Source: Octopus sinensis (Eukaryota). Taken from it: a stretch of 64,000 nucleotides of DNA. This document shows, in pieces, positions 11,530 through 22,949 of the stretch; the first letter of the stretch is position 1; the number at the start of each line of letters is the position of its first letter. The stretch is taken from positions 51,150,001 to 51,214,000 of the forward strand of contig NC_043003.1 of the NCBI RefSeq assembly GCF_006345805.1. Reading direction: 5' to 3'. The translations under genes were made by a program, and so were the position numbers. The notes beneath the pieces are model-generated. The model did no database searches and was not told the DNA's origin. It worked only from the letters and a program-made list of their open reading frames with translations.

Positions 11530-13222
11530 ATACTAGCATTATGACCCGTCGTTGCCGGGTCATAGTGCTAGTGCATGTATATATGTGTATATATATGTGT
11601 ACATATTACATGTACATATATATATATATATATATACATCTACACATAAAATACAAAATGCAATGTTATATCTTGATATCGCTAGTGATAACAATACTCA
11701 AAATATATAACAGACTGGAATTGTAGGCTCGTCTCTTGCAATTTCGATCAATTGTATCTTGTCCTCCCTCTTGTATAGAAGTGTGGCTACAATCCAGCCT
11801 ACCTCTACTTCTAAGGGGAACTTTTTAAATTTTTATCCGGGACGTCCTACATCCCAGATATAAAGGTAAAAATAAGATATTTCCACTTTGCAAGGTTCGA
11901 GTCGAGTACTCCCTTGCACGCTCCATTGACTCGAACCTTGCTTCTATTGTGGCGAATTTCCCGCCTCTGGTTAGATATCTTTCATAGTCGCACCAAGACA
12001 CTTTCCGATGGTGCTTTCCTCCAGGTGTTCAAATCTTTTTTTTTTGTCTCTATATTGTATACTTTATAGACAATAGTCTTTTCTTTAATTTAATTTCTTA
12101 TTTCGTTTGGTGGTGTTATCCTAGATTCACCGTCTTTGTCGGTGATCAATCCGTATTTCTTCCATTTTAATTTCAATGAGTTCGCGCCCGCCGACGGCTG
12201 CAGCGAAATTCATTTTTGGACTTTCTTCTATCGAAGGCATTCTAACAAAAATGCCTCCGTGTAAACGGTGAAAATATTGTCAATTTCCCCAAACAGGGAC
12301 ACAATTCAATTTTTAAACAATAACCAAAGCTCCTTCTCCCAAAGGGGGAGGGTTACAGTTTACAATTATTTAACAAATGCAACACAACAATGTTTCCTTT
12401 ACGAGGAACCAAAAAACGTGATACCAATAGTTAAACAGTTATAATAATAACAACAAACCTTACGATGAGTCAGAAAGCAGTAAGCAGTTGCAGCTTTAGT
12501 CCTTTATATATAAGAAATAAACCAACAGCAGTACTCTGTCGAAGCGGCTGTTGGAGAAAACAGATAATACATACAGCCAAACTTCATATAGATACTTAAT
12601 GCTAGCTAATTAGCAGATAATCTAATGTAAAAGCCGTGGTAAAGGGTACTGCACACCTCCATCTGGACTATTCCATTTCTGCACGCTAATTTTATATTTA
12701 ATTTATTCCCATTCATGTGAAACCACTTATTCAAGTTCAAGTCATTGATGCAATTTTATACCAATTGCTATTTTTACTTTTGTTATGTTACGATTGTATT
12801 ATACTTTAGTTTGATTTTAATTATTACTTACTACATATAATTCAATTGTTATTATTATTTTTATTGTTAAAGTGAAAGCATCTGACATAAAATAGAGAAA
12901 TGTTTTTGTTTCACTTTTAACACGTAATACTGAAATAGTGGAGAAGATATGATATTGCTATGGGCTCGCTCTAGGCAAGAAGTTGAACATTTTCTTTGCC
13001 CATGAAACTACATGGACCCTAAGTAAGGCATGTGTAAAATTTGAATGAAATTGGTTGTGTAGTTCTCAAGTTTTAGGGAATGGTAGTGTAGAAGATATGA
13101 TATTGCTGTGGGCTCGCCCTAAGCAAAAAGTTTAAAATTTGAATGAAATTGGTTGTGCAGTTCTCAAGTTTTAGGGAAACACACAGACAGACAGACACAC
13201 ATTCTCAGTTTTATATATATAG
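11530..13222 (+). mobile_element. Helentron/HINE-like non-autonomous rolling-circle element
   Basis: 5' TACTAGC start with a 17-bp hairpin (11532-11548 / 11556-11572, one mismatch). 3' end AAATTTGAATGAAATTGG...ACAGACAGACAGAC...TTTTATATATATAGAGAT. Internal duplication 12939-13080 vs 13087-13178. Confidence 0.6.
11720..12530 (-). mobile_element. Tx1/L1-like LINE 5'UTR and ORF1 start, nested inside the Helentron-like element
   Basis: Decayed MNFAAAVGG...YLTRGGKFATIEARFESMERAR, resembling the start of Tx1-type ORF1. Confidence 0.45.
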
Positions 13223-13267
13223 AGATATATGTGCGTGTGTATGTGTGTGTACATATGTCTGTATATG

Positions 13268-13374
<107 letters not shown>

Positions 13375-13579
13375 TAAGGGTAGAAATCAATATTTATCAA
13401 TTAAAACCAGTGGTCTAGCATATTAAAAAAAGAATCCGAAGATTAAATATTTATATATACTAATTAAGGACTGAACACGAAAAGTGGACAGTCAACATGC
13501 TAGATATAGACGTCAAATCGCCATTCTCCACAAAAGATTATGTTCTCTTTTGTGGAGAATGGCGATTTGACGTCTAATT

Positions 13580-13661
<82 letters not shown>

Positions 13662-13793
13662 TATATAAAACTGAGGATAGAGGGCTTCGAATGACCCGTA
13701 CTTGTTTTCTTTGTATCATCTATCTGGATGTGTTGTTGTCTCTTTTTGTATCACCTAGCTGTCCGGATGTTTTGCGTTCTTCTATTTTGTATA

Positions 13794-13826
<33 letters not shown>

Positions 13827-14104
13827 TTTTCTACCAGTAATTACAAAAATTATAGGTTGAATTGCTTCTTTTCAAGGCAGCGCTCTCAGTGGTCAGTAGC
13901 CACTGGTAGTAGCAAATACATTTGACTTCTACTGACCCAAAGGGTTCGAAAATTCCTTTGTTTCTATGGCTGACCTTCCCACCGTCTGCCGAAAGAAAAC
14001 AGAAAACAGTACTGCTTGGAACCGCTCGAATACTCCGGAACGTGCTCGAAAAATAAGAGGTGTTACCTTAGTTCACTGGTAGTGAACAGCTAACACTGTA
14101 ATAC

Positions 14105-14450
14105 ATCTCCAGCGTTAGAAGCTGTGCAAAGGAAATAATAATAATATCAATATTCCTCTCAGCTGTAGGCACAAGGGCTGGAAGCTTTTGCCGAGGAGCC
14201 TAGTCGATTGTATTGACCCAAGTACTGAACTAGTACTTATTTCGTCGATTCCGAACGGGTGAAAGACAAAGTTGACCTTAGCAGGATTTGAACTCATATT
14301 GTAAAGCGTCTAACAAATATCGCAAAGCATTTCTTCCTACTTTTGTTCGGACCGTTTACGTTCTGAGTTCAAATCCTGCCGAGGCCAACTTTGCTTTTCA
14401 TTCTTTCAAGGTTGGTCGATAAAATGAAGTACCAGTTAAGTACATGGGAC

Positions 14451-14505
<55 letters not shown>

Positions 14506-15070
14506 GGCGGCGAGCTTGCAGATTCGTTAGCACATCGAGCGAAATGCTTAACAGTACTTCGTCTGCCGCTACGATCTGAGTTCAAATTCCCACGAGGTTG
14601 ACTTGGCCTTTCATCCTTCCGGGGTCAATAAATTAAGTACCAATTGAACATATGTTATCAACTCATCTCCTCCCCCAAAATGGCTACCCTTGTGGCAAAA
14701 TTTGAAGCCACGCCGAGGTTGACTTTGCCTGTCATCCTTTTAGAAATCGACAAGTCAAGTACCAGTGAAATAATGGGGTCGATGTAGTTGACTTAATCCC
14801 CTCTCACAAGCTGCCCCTGCGGCAAAAATTTGAAATTGTTGTTGTTGTTGTTGTTGTTGTTGCTGTTGTTGTTGTTGTTAATGTTATTAAGACGGCGAGC
14901 TGACAGAATCTTTAACATGCCGGACGAAATGTTAAGCGGTCTTTCGTTTTGAGTTCAAATTCCGCCAAGGTCGACTTTGCTTGTCATCCTTTCGCAGTCG
15001 ATAGATTAAGTACCAGTTATGTACTGGAGTCGATGAAATCGATTTACTCCCTCCCCCGAAATTTCAGGCT
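14105..15070. mobile_element. Cluster of family C SINEs (core GTCGACTTTGCCTTTCATCCTTTCGGGGTCGATAAATTAAGTACCAG, resembling the Meta/MESC domain)
   Basis: Several copies in both orientations separated by (ATT)n/(GTT)n. Other copies at 21410-21600, 22220-22420, 25730-26153, 27560-27810, 45240-45540, 47035-47180, 55920-56120, 57440-57660. Confidence 0.85.
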
Positions 15071-15086
15071 TTGCGCCTTTATTAGA

Positions 15087-15149
<63 letters not shown>

Positions 15150-15590
15150 CACTTCCCTCTCTACTCTCATCTTCCTTTTTAAGTGAAACTTGAAAAAGTT
15201 GATGCGGCCTTGACCAAAGAGGAAAGTGTCTGACCTTAGCCCTTTCAAACGGGTCCACCATATCACCTCTTTCGCTACAGCCACTAGGCAAAGGAAAACT
15301 GCCTTGCCTTCCCGGTTAAAGGAGGTCGGCGGGGCTATCCTCACTATGGATTCAGCTGATAGCCGGATCCGTCCTATACGCGACAGTAGCTGTTCGACAT
15401 AAACCCATAGTTCAGCAATACTGGTCGAATGCGTGCAGCAGAACGGTTTCGTCGTCCTGGGCGCACCTCGGGCAGGCCCGTCTGACGGCACTTCCGTGCC
15501 GGTAGAGTTTATCCCGAACAGGCAGAGCCCCTCGGTAACACTGCCAGGTCCCTCGCCTGGCAGTGCTACCGAAGGCGAAATACTTGGCGG
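15150..15590 (-). mobile_element. Tx1/L1-like LINE ORF2 3' fragment (zf-RVT region)
   Basis: GALPVRDKLYRHGSAVRRACPRCAQDDETVLLH and AKEVIWWTRLKG...FFKFHLKRKMRVERE. Confidence 0.8.
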
Positions 15591-16577
15591 TATTCCGTCC
15601 GTCTTCACGTTCTGAGTTCAAATTCCGCCGAGGTCGACTTTGCCTTTCACCTTTTCAGAGTCAAGTACCAGTGAAACAATGGGGTCAATGTAATCGACTG
15701 GTCTCTTCCCAAAAAAATTTCAGGCCTCTGCCTTCAGTAAAAATGATTGTTACAAATAGACGAAACAGTCGTAAATCAGCACCATTATAACTGTCATCAT
15801 CATCATCGCAATTCCTTGTATCGTCATCATCATCATCATCGTCGTTGCAGTCAACACCATCACCACCACCACCATCATCATTATCCTCTTTACTTCATCA
15901 ATGACATCGTAAACGAACAAGAGCAAAAAAAAAACAACGGTAAGTAATAAAAATAATAAATCAATTGAAGGAAGATAAAATCAATAGGGTGAAGGGGTGC
16001 AGATGAGAAATAACCATTATTGAATACTGGGCCTTCCCCACCCCAACCGACCTACCTACCTACCTATCTACCTACTTACACAGAAAGAGAAAGGGTAGAG
16101 AGGGGTCGAATCGAGAGAGACGGGCTAATTATGTACTTCTAACTCCGACAAACCTTTATTTATTGATTTCAAAAAGAAAAACAAAACAATTTCTCTCTGT
16201 CCATCCGGCCTACCTACAATAACACCATCCACCCCACTTAATATATCATATTACCACCTAATTCTATTTTTATTTTATTTTTTATTTTATTGTTGTTTTT
16301 TTATCTGCTCTTTGTCCTTTTTCTCATTTATCCTGTTATCTCCTTTTATTTTATTCTCCAAACGTCTACTTTTTCTCCCCTCCATGCATGGCTGTGTGGT
16401 TAACAAGCTCGCTTTACAACAACGTGGTTTCGAGATTAACTCCACTGCATAGCACCTTGAGCAAGTGTCTTTTACTATAGCACTGGGTTGTCCAGTGCCT
16501 TATGAGTGAATAATTTAGAAGACAGAAACGGTGAGGAAAGCCGCTGTGTGTGTGTGGATGAGAACGAATGGATACAT

Positions 16578-17116
16578 GGATGAAGACGAATGACCTGAAA
16601 ATAAAGACAGAAGCTCTTATATGTGCAGCTCAAGAACAAGCGTTAAGGACCAACTATGTGAAGGGCAGAATCGACAACACTACCGAGAACAATAAATGCA
16701 GAATGTGTGGTGAGAGGGGTGAAACGGTATAGCACATCGTTAGCGAATACCCGAAATTGGCACAACGTGATTCCAAAAGACGACATGACAATGTGACAAG
16801 AATGATCCATTGGGAGCTCTGTGGCAATCACGGCCTACAAAGAGCAAAGACGTGGTATGAGAAAACCCCAGAATGAGTCACCAAGAATGAAAATTATAAA
16901 GTCCTGTGGGATGCAATGATTCAGTGCGATCACCTGACCAGACATCGGAAACCGGACATTGTTGTGGGGAATAAAAAAGAAAGAACATGCATGATAATCG
17001 ACACAGCATATCCTGGTGACAACAAGATCAAAGAATAAGTGTCACCTTAGTCTGTTGGTAATGGACAGTCGACACTTTCCATCATACCCAGCAAAAAAAG
17101 CTGTGAATCATATATA

Positions 17117-17117
<1 letters not shown>
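16578..17117 (+). mobile_element. R4/Dong-clade non-LTR retrotransposon 3' fragment
   Basis: TEALICAAQEQALRTNY...CRMCGERGETV*HIVSE...RRHDNV...RKPDIVV...CMIID (CCHC knuckle plus PD..D RLE), a short 3'UTR, then (TAA)n. Confidence 0.85.
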
Positions 17118-17196
<79 letters not shown>

Positions 17197-17229
17197 TTCT
17201 ATATTGGCCACAAGGGTTTATATAAAAGG

Positions 17230-19270
17230 CACAAAAGTCATGGGTTCAAAACACGGCAAACAGTGGTTTGGCCGTGGACACAAATTTGAAACAATGAAGT
17301 ATTAAACAAGGAAAATTTCTCCACTAGGAGGGAGACCAAATAGCTCTCACTAGGAGCCTACAAGATACACAGTCACCCAGACCGCTTGTGTAAGCGCCCT
17401 CCCAATCAGCCCTCCTCTCAGAGCAGACCCAATCATCATTCTCACTACTTTCGTCTAACTTTCAACTAATTCGTTGGAAGACAACATTTTTCTCACCACC
17501 TTGAATTTCTTTTTAAGTGAAACCTAAAAAAGATGATCGATGGGGTGGCCAATGAAGAAAGTGCCCGTCTTTAGCCTTTTCAGTCTCGCCAATCGTGCAA
17601 CTTGCATAGTCTCTTTGGCCATGCCTACTGGACAGATAAAAACTGGCTACTCTTTCCAACTTAAGGAAGGCAGCAATGTGATCTTTGCAATGTACTCAAC
17701 TGAGAGCTGGATATGTTTTGCGCGTAACAACTCATCGACAGAAATCCATAAGACGGCAACTCTCGACCACTGGAATGCATGCAGAGCAGTTTCGTCGCTC
17801 AGCGTGTAATTTGTTTGTCAGACGGCTCTGTCGTGCCTGTAGAGCGTATCTCAAACCGGTAATGCACCCTGGTAGCACTACCACGCCAAGGATTTCTAGA
17901 AATTATCCGTGACTCCTGGATCGCAACAAACCAGCCAGTTGATTTTCATCGACGCCCAGAGTTTCCTCAAGAATGTCATCGCACTTGTCTGTCACTAATC
18001 CTTATAGAATGCTGACGTCGAATTTGCACCAAACACATAGCCTGATTAGTAGAGGTCTGGGAACGTTTGACGACATTCTAGATGTCAAGAGCCCTCTGTC
18101 GGTCTTCGCTTGATCTACAACTACAGCCCTGTCAGAGAGACGAACTGGAGATATACGCGTCTGACAAACGGCAGCCACATCTTTTCTCCGTCAAGGAAAT
18201 GCTGGAGATATTGTAACCTCAGCGGATGTCTGCGCATCATTAGCCACGAGATGCTAGTTCTCCATTCTGGGGGTATTAACAGTAAATGGAGCGTCTGACC
18301 AGTGGAATGCATCCCTTCCACTGAAAGCGGAAGACCACTTGCTCCTGTCTGCTCAGACGTGAAATAGAGCAAGGCACGTCGGTCAGGCTGTAAGAAATGA
18401 CGGAAGTGATGTGGGCGTTTGTCACCTCTTTCCGACCTTTCAAGAATGGATTCCTTTCGGCCCAATTCTGAATGAGAGGAGGCAAACTATTCGTCACCTC
18501 GTCTTAGTTAGTTCTTGCACGCTTGAAGATCTGAAATAAGCCTAACTTTAGCAATTTAACAAGTTCGTACGCCCAGTACCTCACAACATTGTTGGATGAC
18601 ATTGACTTGCCTCTCCAGGAGCCAAACTGCAGACCATCTGGCTTTTCCTGCCTAATTTTCATTCCTGCACTGCTTCGTACTTCCATGAAGCACTGCCAAT
18701 TACCTCGATGTGCTTTGTGTCCGGCACTATTATGATAATATCATCTTCATGTTTCAATACAAATCTTCTGCATCTTAGTTTGTCACCAACATCTCTAGTT
18801 TTCGTGGTAGTGACTCCAGAGGCAGTACATACAAAAGAGACGTTAATCGATAACGAGAGCATGGTAATGAAAGGTTCTGAGCGTGACCATTTATCCTAGC
18901 CACCGAGCAGATTCGGTTGTACATTGTGACGCTCCAGCCCTTGAAAACAGGGTCAAAGCCGGCAGCTTAGAAGACAATCATCAAATAACGATGCTCGGCT
19001 CTATCGAAAGCTTTTGATTGATCCAAGTTAATCATGTCTCTACCCGAACCAGATTTCTTGTCCACCATCTTCATGATGTTATCACATGAGGGAGAGGTTG
19101 TCGTGCATTGATCCGTCTGCAGTGATAAAATCTTTGTCAATCGATAAGCGCTATTCCACAATCTGCTAACACCTTGTCCAAAATCTTAAACCAGCGTTTA
19201 GCAAAATCATTGGCCGAATATTATCAATATGATCATCTTTCTTTGGATACTTCCTCGACAGTATCACCTC
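17230..19270 (-). mobile_element. Tx1/L1-like LINE, RT to 3'UTR, decayed
   Basis: INLDQSKAFDRAEHRYL, DDIIIIV...YEAV, GLQFGSWRGKSM, and a C-terminus homologous to 15150-15590. Confidence 0.8.
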
Positions 19271-19635
19271 AAAGGACTGTGTGTATATATATAAGTGTGT
19301 GTGTGTGTATAGCTTATACTAACATTATGTATATTACTTAAGATTTTTTATATAAATTACTTAATGAGTATAAGATTTTATTTAGATGTTTATTAAATAA
19401 ATTAATTAATTAATAATTTAATTTAATGTATATAGATTAAATTATAGTATCTAGTTTTCTCTTAATGATATATATATATATATTTGTTTTAAATATTTTA
19501 ATTAATTGTATCTTATTTTTTATTCTATTTTTTTATTTAAACAAGAATATATTTGTTGAGTTATTTCGTATTTTACAAGATTATTTACGTATATTTATTA
19601 ATTTATCTAATTAATTATTTCATTGTTTCTTTCTT

Positions 19636-19735
19636 TAACATGAAGAGTGGCTATATTTATACTGAAGTGATTTTACTATTATTATTATTACTATTATCAT
19701 TTCTTAAATATAGCCACGAACCACGTGTCGTTATT
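19636..19735 (+). other. Degenerate type I hammerhead-ribozyme-like motif with a 13-bp stem II
   Basis: (A)TGAAGA-GTGGCTATATTTA...TAAATATAGCCAC-GAAC-CACGTGTC; short stem I TAAC/GTTA. Confidence 0.5.
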
Positions 19736-20029
19736 CTACCAAATATATACGTTTTATTTACTTTTTTGCAAATTACTTAATCATTGTTATATGTTTTATC
19801 TTGTATTTAATCTTTCTATAATATGTAAGTTTTCTAAATGGTATAATTTAATTTTTCATTATTGGATTGATAAAAGTTGGTTTCTTTTTCTAATTTATAT
19901 ATATATATATATTGAAAGCAGTGGCACTAATGAGCTAAGAGAAAAACTAGCTCTAAAACGAATCAGGTGTAATATGCAAGACCACATCTTGCACGTTACA
20001 TCTTATGCAGTGTGCTAGTTTGGATATGT

Positions 20030-20262
20030 GAGGTGAAATGACTGCAGAGGATTACACTTGAGTAAACATGTTGCAACCACCCAAGTGGAAAAACCCTGAG
20101 AAAGAGCAAAACCAAGGAAGACAGCAGAAGAAGTAGTGAAATCTGATTCTAGAGGCTCATCCGCACGAAAGAGATGATAAGGACTAGCAACAAGTGATGA
20201 AATTTTGTGCTCGAAAGACCCGTCCAATCCATGCAAGCACGAAAAACGAACATAAAAGCTAA
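20030..20262 (+). mobile_element. RTE LINE extreme 3' end
   Basis: VEKP*ERAKPRKTAEEVVKSD resembles the RTE C-terminal GRGRPRKTWEEVVKxD; the tail is shared with SINEs. Confidence 0.6.
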
Positions 20263-22519
20263 TAAAAGCATCTTGCAATACAATCTTCAGTTCAATGTTA
20301 TGTTTCAAGAGGTAATTGAAAGTAACTGCTGATGAGGTTGCCACAGGAAGTCCTGGGCTTATGATATGAAAATATATGAACAGAATTTTTTTTATGCAGT
20401 GAAGAGAGAGGACAAACAATTGCTTTTACGTGGTCGCTCAACCTGCTAGATATAGCAGTCAAATCTCCCTCAAATTTCGCCCTTCCATCTTTAAAAAAAA
20501 GTAAAGGTCATATTACATAATGTAGTTCTAGATAGTCTTAATAAGATGGGATGATAACGGCTGGAATGCTCTATCAGATCTGGCTTGTGACTTAATAATA
20601 ACAGCAAACAAAGAGCATCAAATGATGCCAATTAATGAACGATCCAGGAAATCGCTGAACACAATCAGAGGTTGAATGAATGAAATCGAAAAAACTTTTA
20701 CGTAACGAACATATACACATATATTTATGAAGCTATTTTGTATACTCTTTCAAAGGATTGTGCAAACAAAATCAATTCCATTGATAGTAATAAAACGTAG
20801 TTTGACTATATAGTAAAATTGATCACAATAGGTGTCTCTTTATAAGAAGACACTTACGACAAGAAACGATGTGACAATCCCAGTCAGGCGAAAATGTTAT
20901 TTTGGTATGATCAATGATATATAAAAACGAAACAAAGAAATGAAGAAATGGTAAATACGCACCTTTGTGAAATGAACCCATAAAACGGAAAATAATTGGA
21001 ATAATGAGAATATTAGAAACTATCTTTGTAGAAAAAGTTTCTGAAACAAAATAAGTCAATAAATTTAAAAGAGAAACAAAATAAGTTCCGGGGTTTAGAG
21101 AAAGAGAATAATGGATATGATAGGGATATAAGATAAAACATGTAAAGGAAATAGCCATGATGGTAGATATAAAACTTGAGAAAAAAATTGCAGTAAATAT
21201 TGATTTCTAGTATTGATACAAGGCCACAAATTGATGGCAGTGCAGTTATGTAAATCGATCTCACTACCTAACAAACAATTTATTTTATTATTACCTAGAA
21301 TGATGAAAAGGGAAAAAAATGTTGAAATTAGCGGGATTTGAACCGAGAAAATAAAGAGTAGAGCATCGCACAATATCAAGTTAAATATTGGCTTCATGTT
21401 TAGGCACAAGGCTAATAATTCCGGAGAGTGGGTAAATCGATTACATCGATCCTAATGTTCAACTGTTATTTATTTTATCGACCCAGAAGAGATAAAAGGC
21501 AAAGTCGATCTCGGTGGAATTTGAGCTCAGAACATGAAGATAGATGAAATACCACTAAGCATTTTGTCCGTCGAGCTAATGATTCTCCCAGCTCATCATG
21601 CTAACTATTGTCTTGTAACTAATTGAGCTTCAGGGTATGTATAAACAGGCAACCAGCTAACAAATCAATAGGCTGTATGTTGTCATTACCACAGGATGGT
21701 ACTTAAGGCCAGTAACATCGTAAGGAATGGAGTACACTATGCAGTTGCTCGGCGAACCCACAGATAGCGAGGTCGAATGCCTTTTTATGCATGTTGCGGT
21801 TTGCGGTGAATGAATAATTATTATAGGACCCAGAGCATTACTTTGGGAGTTTTAATATTGCTAAGACAGCCTTGTCCATGGTCACAACACATAATAATCA
21901 GTTAGCTGAAATTAAAACTCTAAATAGGTACAGCAGGATGTTGCAGAATGGCTCCTTCTACTTACAATGTAAAATTAATGAGACCATGTTTAACGCTTCT
22001 GCATGTAACACTCCTAGCTGTGAGTAAAAAGCTTCACTTTTTTGTGAACGCTTCGTTGATAATAAAACCTTGGAGCGTAAACCTTGACAGAAGATGCAGG
22101 TTAATGTTCCATAAGTATTCAGGTTGACGACTTGACTTGCTCAACCGAACTAGTGTCAAACGTTGTACTTCCACTCTCCCTTCAATTTCATTATATATTG
22201 ATTATACAGTTTCTTATTCGGGTATATAGCCAGTAGCTTTGAGGTGGTAGGGAGCTTAACAGATACCTTCAATTTCAATATTAGAATGTTACTCTATTTT
22301 ATCGACCCCGAAATAATAAAAGATAAAATTGGCGTCAACGGAATTTGAACTCAGAATCTAAAGTGCCGAAACAATTACTGAAAAGCCATTTTTTATGACG
22401 CTCTAAAGATTCTTCCAGCTTGCCAACTTTAATTGTTTCTAAAATAGACTCGAAGCTTGAAATTTAAGAGGAGAGCATTAGTCGATTATAACGACACCAT
22501 GACTTTACTAACACTTTAT

Positions 22520-22860
22520 TTTATGGACGGTTTTGTGCTCTTGGATACAAGAACCATGGCCGGAACAATAATATCGTTGCCGCCTCTTCTATACAGATGA
22601 TTCTACCCTTCAGATCCACTTGCATCTCCCAATCAAAAGCTTGATACAAAATAGGAAACAGATCCCTCGCAGCTGCTTTTGATTCAGGAGCTTTGTCACC
22701 TTCCTTTGGAATCTGATACCTTTGGATTGTGTTGCTTGCAAGCTTCAACTTACTGCAAGTCCATCCAATTGACACTCTATGTAAGGCCTTATCATACCTC
22801 CACTAGTATCGGCCTTCACTTGCCCTGGGACATGCATCAAAATACAATTAAGGGAGCAAA
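22520..22860 (-). mobile_element. HERO-like RLE-domain fragment
   Basis: ACPRASEGRY*WRYDKAL...KEGDK...ILYQAFDWEMQVDL...ATILFRP resembles HERO CPxALxEGRYxWRHDxVL...DWxLxVDL...LRPD. Confidence 0.65.
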
Positions 22861-22949
22861 ATATTGATCTACATTGTTTGCAGTGTGTGTTTGTTTCTTT
22901 GCCCCAGATTTTAAGGTTAATTGGCTTTGATAAAAAGTAATAGTTGGCG

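Noticed and set aside
13680-13715. CTGAGGA...GAA as a fourth hammerhead
   Set aside because: The GAAAC-NUH half and convincing stems are missing.
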